Shown here piece after piece: positions 55,751 through 64,000 of a DNA stretch of 64,000 bases (within the stretch, counting starts at the first letter, position 1; each line of letters starts with the position of its first letter). The translations under genes and the position numbers were made by a program. Origin of the DNA: Acidimicrobiia bacterium. Its GTDB lineage: Bacteria; Actinomycetota; Acidimicrobiia; IMCC26256; JAGNEX01. The DNA is taken from contig JAGNEX010000004.1 of the NCBI GenBank assembly GCA_018003035.1, positions 651 to 64,650 of the forward strand, written 5' to 3'. A model generated the notes under the pieces. It ran no database searches, was not told the DNA's origin, and saw nothing but the letters and a program-made list of their open reading frames with translations.

Positions 55751-56695
55751 GTGCGAGCACTAGTAACAGGTGGGGCAGGTTTCATTGGATCTTCGATCGC
55801 GCGGGCCCTGCTTGCCGAAGACGTCGAGGTTGTCGTTCTCGACAACCTTTCGACCGGGCAACCGCAACGAATCCCTGAAGGAGCCGAGCTGATCGTCGGC
55901 GACCTCACCCGGCCAGACGCCGTCCGCGGGGCATGTAAGGGGGTCGACGTCATCTTCCATCAGGCGGCCATCAGGTCGGTACCGAAGTCGGTCGACAATC
56001 CACTACCCGTCGAAGAAACAAACATTCGCGGGACTCTCAACCTGCTCGAAGCGGCCACCAATGCCTCGGTGGAACGACTGGTGTACGCGTCGAGTTCGAG
56101 TGTGTATGGCGGGGGGCGTTCCGGCGAGCCGCAACACGAATCCGATCCGGTCGATCCCCGCTCGCCGTATGCCGTCTCGAAGCTGTCCGCAGAACAGTTC
56201 TGTCGAGTGTGGACCTTGCTCGAGCGAATCGAAACGGTTTCGCTGCGCTATTTCAACGTCTACGGACCTGGGCAACGGCCAGATTCCACCTACTCGGCCG
56301 TCTTTCCGGGCTTTATCGCTGCGCTCAAACGAGGCGAGCAGCCGGTGATTCATTCCGACGGCGAACAGACCCGTGATTTTTGTTACATCGATGATGTCAT
56401 CGCCGCCAACTTCGCGGCCGCTGACGCCCCGAGCTCAGCAACCGGGCGCTGCTACAACATTGGCGCGGATGACCCTCGATCGGTCAACGACGTCTATCGC
56501 TCGGTCGCGGCGGCGATGGGGACGGACATCAAACCTGTATATGGCCCGGTCCGAGCCGGCGATGTGCGAAGCACGTGGGCCGACATCTCTGACGCCAAGG
56601 AACAACTCGGGTGGCAGCCCAAGGCCCGATGGGACGACGCCGTCAAGGCCACCGTCGAGTGGTTTGAGAGCGACGGCGCCATGGACCCGACCTAA
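55751..56695 (+). CDS. NAD-dependent epimerase/dehydratase (UDP-glucose 4-epimerase-like)
   Basis: ALVTGGAGFIGSSIARALLAEDVEVVVLDNLSTG, SSSVYGG, YAVSKLSAEQF, LRYFNVYGPGQ. Confidence 0.92.
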   Translation: MRALVTGGAGFIGSSIARALLAEDVEVVVLDNLSTGQPQRIPEGAELIVGDLTRPDAVRGACKGVDVIFHQAAIRSVPKSVDNPLPVEETNIRGTLNLLEAATNASVERLVYASSSSVYGGGRSGEPQHESDPVDPRSPYAVSKLSAEQFCRVWTLLERIETVSLRYFNVYGPGQRPDSTYSAVFPGFIAALKRGEQPVIHSDGEQTRDFCYIDDVIAANFAAADAPSSATGRCYNIGADDPRSVNDVYRSVAAAMGTDIKPVYGPVRAGDVRSTWADISDAKEQLGWQPKARWDDAVKATVEWFESDGAMDPT

Positions 56696-56746
56696 CGGGT
56701 CGAAACGCCGCAGCCCCGCTCGGGTCGGCGGCTCCGATGTCCTGAG

Positions 56747-57925
56747 CTACCCCGCCGCTGGTCGCGCTCGGCGAAACCTGCGTCGGAAGAACGCAAAGAT
56801 CGCCCGCGCTTCTTCGGGGTGGAGATGGCCCATGTAGCAAATCGCCATCAGCCACGAGAAGAACCCGACCATCAAAAAGAGGCTGAAGAACAGGTGCATG
56901 CTGATGCCTAGCACCATCAGCGGCCGCCGCCAGCGGGGGAACCAGATGAGGATGGGGATCAACACCTCAAGGGTCAAGGTTGCGAACGTGGCGAAGTTGC
57001 CAAAGAGCAGCGAATCGCCGAGCACACCCGGCATCACAAATCGTTGGAGAGGCTCGTTGCGAACCGCCCAAAGTGCGGCAGTGCCGTCAAGCCAGGTGTC
57101 GCCAGCGAACTTTGCGACGACGCCGGACAGGTATATGACGCTGAGCTGAATACCGAACAGCCGCCTTAACCATGGCGTGGCCTTCCAGGCGCTGCGTGGG
57201 GTGTCCGAGGCGGTAGCGGTCTGCTGCGCTCCCAACGGCGAGGTGCTCCTACCGCGCCGAGTGTCCTCCATGGGCGCACCTCGGTCATCGGTTTGTTGTC
57301 CACCCCCCTTTCGCGCCCGGGTTCCCGGCGCGTTACCGCCGATCACCGCTTCGGGAGTCAGGACGGCGTACAGCGCAAACAGGAACGTCAACACGCGCAT
57401 GAGCGTGTCGCCCGAATTGAGTAACGCGACGTTGTCGAGTTCGAAGCCGAGCACCAGGAACCACATGACCGGTGCCGTCACCCGAACCCACCACCCGGCC
57501 ATCACCAGAACGGCCGCTCCGAGCATCATGGCGAACATGACGTACATCGCTGCATCGCTTGGGAACCAGCGCATGGGCGACAGCCGGTACGGCGCAAAAC
57601 CTGGATCGGGCGCAAGGCCGGTACGGGAAAAGAATGCGTTCAAATCGGGAGCAAGGCTCAACGCCCAGCACAGCACGGTGAAGCCGAGGCAAATGCGTAT
57701 CAATCGAACTGTTTCGGAGCCTTCGGGGGTGAACCACCAGCGGTCCCAGCGCCCAAATGCCCCGCTCCAGGGTCGGGAGACGCGTAGCGACTCAGAGGGG
57801 CGTTGACCGGCGCCAGAGACGGCACGCTCGGTCGTGGGCCCATCTGTCCCTTCGCCGGGACCAGGGTCCTCGGTGCCTGCGGCGGGCGCCGGTTGAACGT
57901 CACGACCGGCGTTCATGCTGGGCAT
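56747..57925 (-). CDS. HTTM-domain (vitamin K-dependent carboxylase-like) membrane protein
   Basis: WALSLAPDLNAFFSRTGLAPDPGF..., VTAPVMWFLVLGFELDNVALLNSGDTLMRVLTFL, WFPRWRRPLMVLGISMHLFFSLFLMVGFFSWLMAICYMGHL. Start at MPSMNAGRD. Confidence 0.78.
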   Translation of the reverse strand: MPSMNAGRDVQPAPAAGTEDPGPGEGTDGPTTERAVSGAGQRPSESLRVSRPWSGAFGRWDRWWFTPEGSETVRLIRICLGFTVLCWALSLAPDLNAFFSRTGLAPDPGFAPYRLSPMRWFPSDAAMYVMFAMMLGAAVLVMAGWWVRVTAPVMWFLVLGFELDNVALLNSGDTLMRVLTFLFALYAVLTPEAVIGGNAPGTRARKGGGQQTDDRGAPMEDTRRGRSTSPLGAQQTATASDTPRSAWKATPWLRRLFGIQLSVIYLSGVVAKFAGDTWLDGTAALWAVRNEPLQRFVMPGVLGDSLLFGNFATFATLTLEVLIPILIWFPRWRRPLMVLGISMHLFFSLFLMVGFFSWLMAICYMGHLHPEEARAIFAFFRRRFRRARPAAG

Positions 57926-58776
57926 CAGCCTTGCTCCGGTCGCCACGAATAGAAGTCATAGCTCTGCCAGTCGGGCGCCGCGTGATCCCCAATCGGCGGC
58001 ATCTCGTACCAGCGCCGACGCAGGATGACCTGTTCCACCGTTCCTTGGTCCTCCATCGTCGATGCGATATACCGAGCGGTTGCCGGCCACGCATCCGCGT
58101 TTTCATCCAGGCGGATCCGCTCCTCCCATTTCTGCCAGTGGTACCCGTTGAAATGACCGATAAACGGGTCCACTCGCGGGGGTGTCCACGTGCGAGATGT
58201 GCCGTCGGCAAAAAGTACGTCGGCCTCGACCATGACGACTTCACGAGGCGGATTGGGCGAGAACACCACCCAACTTTGGTCTAAACCAAAGGCGTGGACA
58301 CCGGGTTCGACCGTATCGACGGCGAGACGCCTCGCCTCTGAGCCGGCCGGCATGGACCAGGACACCGTCGATATCGCCCACCATGCAAAGAAGACCGTAA
58401 GTAACGCCCGAACGGCCGGGCGGCTCACCAGACCGAGGTGACCCCGGGGCACGGTCACACCGTCGTCGCCAGTTGGTGGCAGCACGATGCGGCCCGTTAC
58501 GTCATCGACGCTGCTAGACCCATGCGGCGATCCGACGTGCTCGGAGCTAGGCGTCTGGGGCGCTCCTCGCTCGATATCGCCCGTACCGACCGGGCTCGTG
58601 TCTCCAGCGGTCCACGAGCCATCGACGCCAACTGATCGATCAGCCTGGGCAACGCCCTCGGAAGCAGCGCTTTGTTCTGACATGCGGGGATGCGGTCCGC
58701 GGTCAGCGGCTTCGCGCTCCGTTGAACCTGCGTTGTCGCTCACGCATGTCATCGTAGAGTGCGGAGCGACTTGCAC
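57925..58776 (-). CDS. Hypothetical partner of the HTTM protein, one TM
   Basis: 283 aa: AVRALLTVFFAWWAISTVSWSM, FGLDQSWVVFSPNPPREVVMVEADVLFADGTSRTW...HWQKWEERIRLDE. Stop overlaps the HTTM start. Start uncertain. Confidence 0.7.
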   Translation of the reverse strand: MQVAPHSTMTCVSDNAGSTEREAADRGPHPRMSEQSAASEGVAQADRSVGVDGSWTAGDTSPVGTGDIERGAPQTPSSEHVGSPHGSSSVDDVTGRIVLPPTGDDGVTVPRGHLGLVSRPAVRALLTVFFAWWAISTVSWSMPAGSEARRLAVDTVEPGVHAFGLDQSWVVFSPNPPREVVMVEADVLFADGTSRTWTPPRVDPFIGHFNGYHWQKWEERIRLDENADAWPATARYIASTMEDQGTVEQVILRRRWYEMPPIGDHAAPDWQSYDFYSWRPEQG

Positions 58777-58855
58777 CCAATGACTCGACGAAACCGATTA
58801 ACCCTACGAACTTACGTTCGGGCGGTCCACCACCGCAGGCCGCTCGTTAGCAACA

Positions 58856-61297
58856 ATGCAGGGTATGTCTGGTTCACATCTTGATTTCGCTCGCGAAGTT
58901 CTCGACACGCCGGTGTCCGACGAAATGCGAGACAGCTTCCTCGCCTATTCGTTGTCGGTCATCACTTCGCGGGCGCTCCCCGACGTCCGAGACGGCTTAA
59001 AGCCCGTCCAGCGGCGAATCTTGTACGGGCTCGCCGAGAACGGGATGCGGCCAAGTTCGCCGCATAAGAAGTCTGCCCGTGTCGTCGGGGACGTGATGGG
59101 CAAGTACCACCCGCACGGCGACTCCGCGATCTACGACGCGCTCGTCCGAATGGCGCAAGATTTTTCCATGCGGATTCCGCTGGTCGACGGCCACGGAAAC
59201 TTTGGGTCGCACGAAGATCCTCCCGCCGCCATGCGCTACACCGAGTGCCGGATGGCCCCGGCCGCTCTAGACATGGTCGGTGAGCTCGACGAAGACACCG
59301 TCGAGTGGCGCGACAACTTTGATGGTGAAGAACAAGAGCCTGCGTATCTCCCCGCGCGCTTGCCCAACCTGATCGTCAACGGATCCTCCGGGATCGCGGT
59401 GGGCATGGCAACCAACATGGCACCCCACAACCTGCGCGAGACCGTGTCTGCGCTCAAACTCATCCTCGACAACCCCGAGACCTCCGTACACGCGATCATG
59501 CGCAGGCTCAAGGGTCCGGACTTTCCGACTGGCGGGGCGTTCATCAAAACCCCCGACCTCATCGAGATTTACACGACCGGACGAGGAAGCATCCGCGTCC
59601 GCGCCAAAGCCACCACCGGGCAGGTCAGCGGTCGACGCCAAGGAATCACCGTTACCGAACTTCCCTACGGAGTCGGCCCCGAACGTGTCATCACAAGAAT
59701 CAACGCGCTCGTCGAAAGCGGCAAGTTGCCGGGAATCGCAGCGGTTACCGATCTGAGCGACCGCAAACACGGCCTGCAGATCGTGATCGAATGCAAAACC
59801 GGGGTAAATGCCAACGCGCTCCTCGGTGAGCTCTACCGACAGACGCCGCTTGAAGACAGCTTTGCGGTGAACAACGTTGTCCTCGTCGACGGGCGCCCCA
59901 CCACCATCGGTATTCGCGACTTGATGCGCCATTACATCGATCACCGTCTCGATGTGGTGACCAGGCGGACCGAGTTTCGCCTGCGCCGCGCGCGTGAGCG
60001 CGAGCACATTGTCGAAGGCCTCGTCATTGCAGTCGACAACATCGACGAGGTCGTCAGAATCATCCGGGGATCGAAAGACACCCCACAAGCGCGTGAACGA
60101 CTGATCGAACGCTTCTCGTTTTCTGAGATTCAGGCCAATCACGTGCTCGAAATGCCGCTTCGCCGCCTGACCGCGCTCGAGGTCGACAAACTGCGCGACG
60201 AACTCGCCGAACTGCGCCGACTGATTGCGGACCTGCTCGATATTCTCGAACGACCCGAACGACGCCGCGAGATCGTAGGAGACGAGCTCGACGAAGTCGC
60301 TCGCTTGCACGGCGACGCTCGGCGCACGGCCATCCTTGAGGGTGACGACGCGGTGATCGAGGCGACCAGTCTGGAGATTGCCGACGAGGCCTGCGTCGTC
60401 GAACTCTCTTCGACCAACTACCTTGGCCGCCGGACCGACGAGGCATGGACCAAGAGCCCAAGCCGGAACGACCTGGTCACCGCGAAAGCGGGTACGACTA
60501 CCAGAGGGCCCGTCTGGGCGTTGTCGTCGTCCGGCGTGGTCTATCCGATCGAAGCGGTCGAGATCCCCGAGATTCAAGGGCGTTCTCGAGGAGGAAAGGT
60601 CACAGAGATCTTCGATCTTGCCCGCGGCGAACGCATCGTAGGGGTGGTCGGCATTTTCGATCTGGGGTTACGCATCGACGAGAACAGCGAGCTCACCGAT
60701 ACCGGGGAACGGTTACTGACCGTTGTGACGCGGTCGGGCGTCATCAAGCGACTCACCGCCGGTGAGCTGGCCGATTCCAAAGTTGGGGCAGACTTCATCG
60801 CCCTGAAAGACGGGGACCGAGTGGTGGCAGCGTTCGCCGCGCCGGCCGATGCAGAGGTCGCGATCGTGTCCTCTGACGCCCAATTACTCCGAACAGCGAC
60901 CGATCAAGTCCGGCCGCAAGGTCGCAGTGCGGGCGGTATGGCCGGCATGAAGTTGAAGGACAAAGCGACCGTTATTGCCGCCGGGCGCATCGATCCGACC
61001 GACGTGGTGGTCACGGTTACCGACCGGGGCGGCATCAAGCTGACCGAAGCCGGCGAGTTTCCGGCCAAAGGGCGAGCAACCGGTGGGGTCCGGATCACGC
61101 GCTTCAAGAAGGATGAACAACAGCTGACCCATGCCAAGATCGGACCACGGGTCGGCCTCGCAGCTGCCACGGTTGGTTCTGACCTGCTCGATTCTGGTTC
61201 CGACGTCAGCGCTGTCAACGAGGGAGCGTCTAAACGCGACGCTCCGAGCACACGTACGGATCGGGCATTTGAGGCCCTGGGATGGCTCAGACAGTGA
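58856..61297 (+). CDS. parC: DNA topoisomerase IV subunit A, actinobacterial ParC type
   Basis: [107 protein letters not shown]; CTD motifs [16 protein letters not shown] and [12 protein letters not shown]. Closer to recalled Streptomyces ParC than to actinobacterial GyrA. Confidence 0.8.
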   Translation: MQGMSGSHLDFAREVLDTPVSDEMRDSFLAYSLSVITSRALPDVRDGLKPVQRRILYGLAENGMRPSSPHKKSARVVGDVMGKYHPHGDSAIYDALVRMAQDFSMRIPLVDGHGNFGSHEDPPAAMRYTECRMAPAALDMVGELDEDTVEWRDNFDGEEQEPAYLPARLPNLIVNGSSGIAVGMATNMAPHNLRETVSALKLILDNPETSVHAIMRRLKGPDFPTGGAFIKTPDLIEIYTTGRGSIRVRAKATTGQVSGRRQGITVTELPYGVGPERVITRINALVESGKLPGIAAVTDLSDRKHGLQIVIECKTGVNANALLGELYRQTPLEDSFAVNNVVLVDGRPTTIGIRDLMRHYIDHRLDVVTRRTEFRLRRAREREHIVEGLVIAVDNIDEVVRIIRGSKDTPQARERLIERFSFSEIQANHVLEMPLRRLTALEVDKLRDELAELRRLIADLLDILERPERRREIVGDELDEVARLHGDARRTAILEGDDAVIEATSLEIADEACVVELSSTNYLGRRTDEAWTKSPSRNDLVTAKAGTTTRGPVWALSSSGVVYPIEAVEIPEIQGRSRGGKVTEIFDLARGERIVGVVGIFDLGLRIDENSELTDTGERLLTVVTRSGVIKRLTAGELADSKVGADFIALKDGDRVVAAFAAPADAEVAIVSSDAQLLRTATDQVRPQGRSAGGMAGMKLKDKATVIAAGRIDPTDVVVTVTDRGGIKLTEAGEFPAKGRATGGVRITRFKKDEQQLTHAKIGPRVGLAAATVGSDLLDSGSDVSAVNEGASKRDAPSTRTDRAFEALGWLRQ

Positions 61298-63498
61298 CTG
61301 CGGACCCTTCGACAATCGAGTCACACAAACCCGAAGAGCTAGGCGGGGCCATGGAGTTTGTACAAGGCGAGGAACGGGTGGAAGACCAAGCAATAACAAC
61401 CCCAGCGACACCAGAAACAACGACGCCAGAAAAGTCGACACCGGAAGCGGTAGCGCCAGAGACACCGGCGCCGGCCAGATCGGCTCAGCAGTACGACGCA
61501 TCCAGCCTCACGGTTCTCGAAGGGCTGGACGCGGTTCGGAAGCGACCTGGGATGTACATCGGTTCTACCGATAGCCGTGGCCTCGTGCATTTGGTGTGGG
61601 AGATTCTGGACAACGCGATCGACGAGGCCACGGCCGGGTTCTGCGACAAGATCGATGTCGAGGTCTTTGCCGACGGGTCGGTCGAGGTGCGCGACAACGG
61701 CCGCGGAATTCCCGTTGACATCCAATCAGAAACGGGCCTGTCCGGGCTCGAGTTGGTGCTTACCAAACTGCATGCCGGAGGAAAGTTTGGCGGTGGTGCC
61801 TATGGCGCTTCGGGCGGGCTGCACGGCGTTGGAGCATCGGTCGTGAACGCTCTGTCATCCAAACTCGTCGCCGAGGTCGATCGTGAAGGGGCCACGCACC
61901 GTTTAGCGTTTCAGCGTGGAGTTCCCGGTCGGTTCGCCAAGAACGGCCGGTTCCGCAAAACCAACGAACTTGAACGGCAAGGTCGGCTCGCCAAAACGGT
62001 GACCGGCACACGGATCCGCTTCTGGCCGGACGAAGAGATCTTTCCCGCGGGTACAGCGATCGATGTCAGTCAGGTGCGGGAACGGATCCGCCAGCGCTGC
62101 TTTTTGGTCCCCGGCTTGAGCGTGACCCTCACCCATGGAACCGGTGAGGATCGCTCGACTGAGACCTTTCATTCCAAAAAGGGCCTCATCGACTTTGTCG
62201 ACTACCTCACCACGGGCGAAGGCATCACCGACGTGCTGTCATTCGACGGCGAGGACACCTTCACCGAGACGGTACCGGTCGTTCGCGACGGGACGCTTCA
62301 TTCAGAGGAAGTCCAACGAACCTGCCGCGTCCGCGTCGCACTGCGGTGGACCGCCGACTGGGACAGCAGGGTGGTGTCGTTCGTCAACACCGTTCCAACG
62401 CCGAAGGGTGGGTCCCATGTCGCCGGCTTTGATCGGGCGCTCACACGGGTGTTGAACGAGGCGCTGCGCGAATCGCGCACCCTCAAAGACAAAGACGAGA
62501 ACGTCGTTCGCGACGACGTGCAGGAAGGGCTCGTTGCGGTCGTCCTGGTGAACCTGGAAGAACCGCAGTTTGAAGGCCAAACCAAGGAGATCCTCGGTAC
62601 CGCAGCAGCGCAGTCGATCACCTATTCCGTTGTGGCCGACGGTTTGCGCTCTTGGTTTGGCGGGGCCGGAAAGAAGGTCCACATCAAACGAGCCCTGGAC
62701 AAGGTCGCCGCGTCCGCGAAAGCACGTCAGGCCGCTCGACTTCGGCGCGACACCATGCGCAAGAAGAATGCGTTGGCTAGCGGTTCGTTACCGGCCAAAC
62801 TCGCCGATTGTCGCCGCCACGGTGAGGGGGCTGAGCTGCTGATCGTCGAAGGCGACTCGGCGGCAGGTCCGGCAAAGAAAGGCCGCGACTCTGAGTTTCA
62901 AGCGATCCTTCCAATCCGCGGCAAGATCGTCAATGCGGCCAAGGCGACCACAAAACAAGTGTTGGAGAACGCCGAATGCACGTCGATCTTCAGCGCGGTC
63001 GGTGCTGGTTCTGGCCGAGAGTTTGACCTCGACTCAATCCGTTACGGCCGCCTCATCATCCTGGTGGACGCGGATGTCGATGGAAGCCACATCCGCTGTC
63101 TGCTGCTGACTCTGCTGTATCGGTATATGCGCCCCCTGTTGGAAGACGGCAGGGTCTTTGCTGCGATGCCTCCCCTCCACGCGATCAAGGTTCGCGGCGG
63201 CACGGAGTACTACACCTACACCGAAGAAGAGCGACGCGAAAAAGAAGCCGAACTCGTCAAAGCCGGCAAGAAGATCACAGGAATCAGCCGTTTCAAAGGT
63301 CTTGGTGAGATGAACGTCGACGAGCTTGCCAACACAACGCTCGACCCGAAGTCGCGGACTCTGCGCCGGATCACGATCGACGACGCGGCCGATGCAGCCC
63401 ACATGATCGACATCTTGATGGGCAACGACGTCGCCCCTCGCAAGGCGTTTATCGTCGAGAATTCGCAACTTCTTGCCGCGGACGCGTTGGACATCTAG
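61282..63498 (+). CDS. parE: DNA topoisomerase IV subunit B, actinobacterial ParE type
   Basis: [125 protein letters not shown]-like [20 protein letters not shown]. Confidence 0.82.
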   Translation: MAQTVTADPSTIESHKPEELGGAMEFVQGEERVEDQAITTPATPETTTPEKSTPEAVAPETPAPARSAQQYDASSLTVLEGLDAVRKRPGMYIGSTDSRGLVHLVWEILDNAIDEATAGFCDKIDVEVFADGSVEVRDNGRGIPVDIQSETGLSGLELVLTKLHAGGKFGGGAYGASGGLHGVGASVVNALSSKLVAEVDREGATHRLAFQRGVPGRFAKNGRFRKTNELERQGRLAKTVTGTRIRFWPDEEIFPAGTAIDVSQVRERIRQRCFLVPGLSVTLTHGTGEDRSTETFHSKKGLIDFVDYLTTGEGITDVLSFDGEDTFTETVPVVRDGTLHSEEVQRTCRVRVALRWTADWDSRVVSFVNTVPTPKGGSHVAGFDRALTRVLNEALRESRTLKDKDENVVRDDVQEGLVAVVLVNLEEPQFEGQTKEILGTAAAQSITYSVVADGLRSWFGGAGKKVHIKRALDKVAASAKARQAARLRRDTMRKKNALASGSLPAKLADCRRHGEGAELLIVEGDSAAGPAKKGRDSEFQAILPIRGKIVNAAKATTKQVLENAECTSIFSAVGAGSGREFDLDSIRYGRLIILVDADVDGSHIRCLLLTLLYRYMRPLLEDGRVFAAMPPLHAIKVRGGTEYYTYTEEERREKEAELVKAGKKITGISRFKGLGEMNVDELANTTLDPKSRTLRRITIDDAADAAHMIDILMGNDVAPRKAFIVENSQLLAADALDI

Positions 63499-64000
63499 AT
63501 GCCGGACAAGATCACCGTCGAGGTCGACGGGCACCAGGTCACGATCAGCAACCTAGACAAGGTGCTGTATCCACTGAGTGGAACGACCAAGGCGCAGGTC
63601 ATCGAGTACTACTCTCGGATCGCCCCGACGATGCTGCCCTACTTGGCTGACCGACCGGTCACGATGCGCCGGTTTCCGAACGGGGTTGACGAAGACGGCT
63701 TCTTTCAAAAGCGATGCCCATCGCATCGGCCCGACTTTGTTCCGACCCTGGCGGTGCCAGGACACCGCCGAGAACCCGGCGGGATCCTTGAGTACTGCTG
63801 CATATCTCAGCCGGCCGGTTTGGTGTGGGCCGCCAACCTTGCGGCATTAGAACTGCACGTGAATCTGGCCCGGATGCCGAGCATTAGCAATCCGGATTGG
63901 CTGGTTTTTGACCTTGACCCCGGGCCGCCAGCGGGCATTTTGGAATGCGCCGGGGTGGCGTTGACGCTCAAGGGAATGCTCGACAACCTCGGTCTGCAGA
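63499..64000 (+). CDS. LigD-type non-homologous end-joining polymerase domain protein, 5' part, truncated by window end
   Basis: Absent from the ORF track. My translation: MPDKITVEVDGHQVTISNLDKVLYPLSGTTKAQVIEYYSRIAPTMLPYLADRPVTMRRFPNGVDEDGFFQKRCPSHRPDFVPT...LVWAANLAALELHVNLARMPSISNPDWLVFDLDPGPPAG. Confidence 0.9.
   Translation, partial: MPDKITVEVDGHQVTISNLDKVLYPLSGTTKAQVIEYYSRIAPTMLPYLADRPVTMRRFPNGVDEDGFFQKRCPSHRPDFVPTLAVPGHRREPGGILEYCCISQPAGLVWAANLAALELHVNLARMPSISNPDWLVFDLDPGPPAGILECAGVALTLKGMLDNLGLQ

Noticed and set aside
59267-60577. 436-aa minus-strand ORF
   Set aside because: Antisense to parC; the strong ParC protein signal on the + strand explains the codon pattern.

Overview
This 64 kb window is a high-GC, densely coding chromosomal segment. 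The gene families point to an actinobacterium, possibly Acidimicrobiia-like; that placement is inference only. Left part, minus strand: a nearly complete division and cell-wall (dcw) operon, read from the right as mraZ-rsmH-ftsL-like-ftsI-murE-murF-mraY-murD-ftsW-murG-murC-murB (murB truncated by the window). Centre: a MoxR/DUF58/transglutaminase trio, NUDIX, polyprenol-phosphate mannosyltransferase, thioesterase II, pdxH, glycerol kinase, an aminotransferase, an LLM oxidoreductase, a ROK kinase, SRPBCC, a GT4 glycosyltransferase, NAD kinase, a NYN-domain protein, a 951-aa acidic zinc-ribbon membrane protein, trpD, the RNase P RNA gene, and a ClC channel. Right part: an SGNH hydrolase, an amidase, an HD hydrolase, lipoproteins, an acyl-CoA dehydrogenase, an M18 aminopeptidase, an FAD-linked oxidase, an enoyl-CoA hydratase, an epimerase, an HTTM protein with a partner, actinobacterial-type topoisomerase IV parC-parE, and the start of a LigD-type polymerase abutting parE. 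I found no mobile element, prophage, CRISPR array, tRNA or obvious defence island. The observations most worth following are: (1) a helically phased array of GTGGG boxes upstream of mraZ, (2) the zero-gap parC-parE-ligD(pol) operon, (3) a Tat-like motif at the N-terminus of FtsI, (4) the 951-aa zinc-ribbon/acidic/TM protein beside trpD, (5) a small conserved-looking gene, a hairpin and a 25-bp tandem duplication upstream of the dcw operon, and (6) an unexplained ~460-nt gap at 19777-20240. None of these is convincing evidence of a wholly new system from sequence alone.
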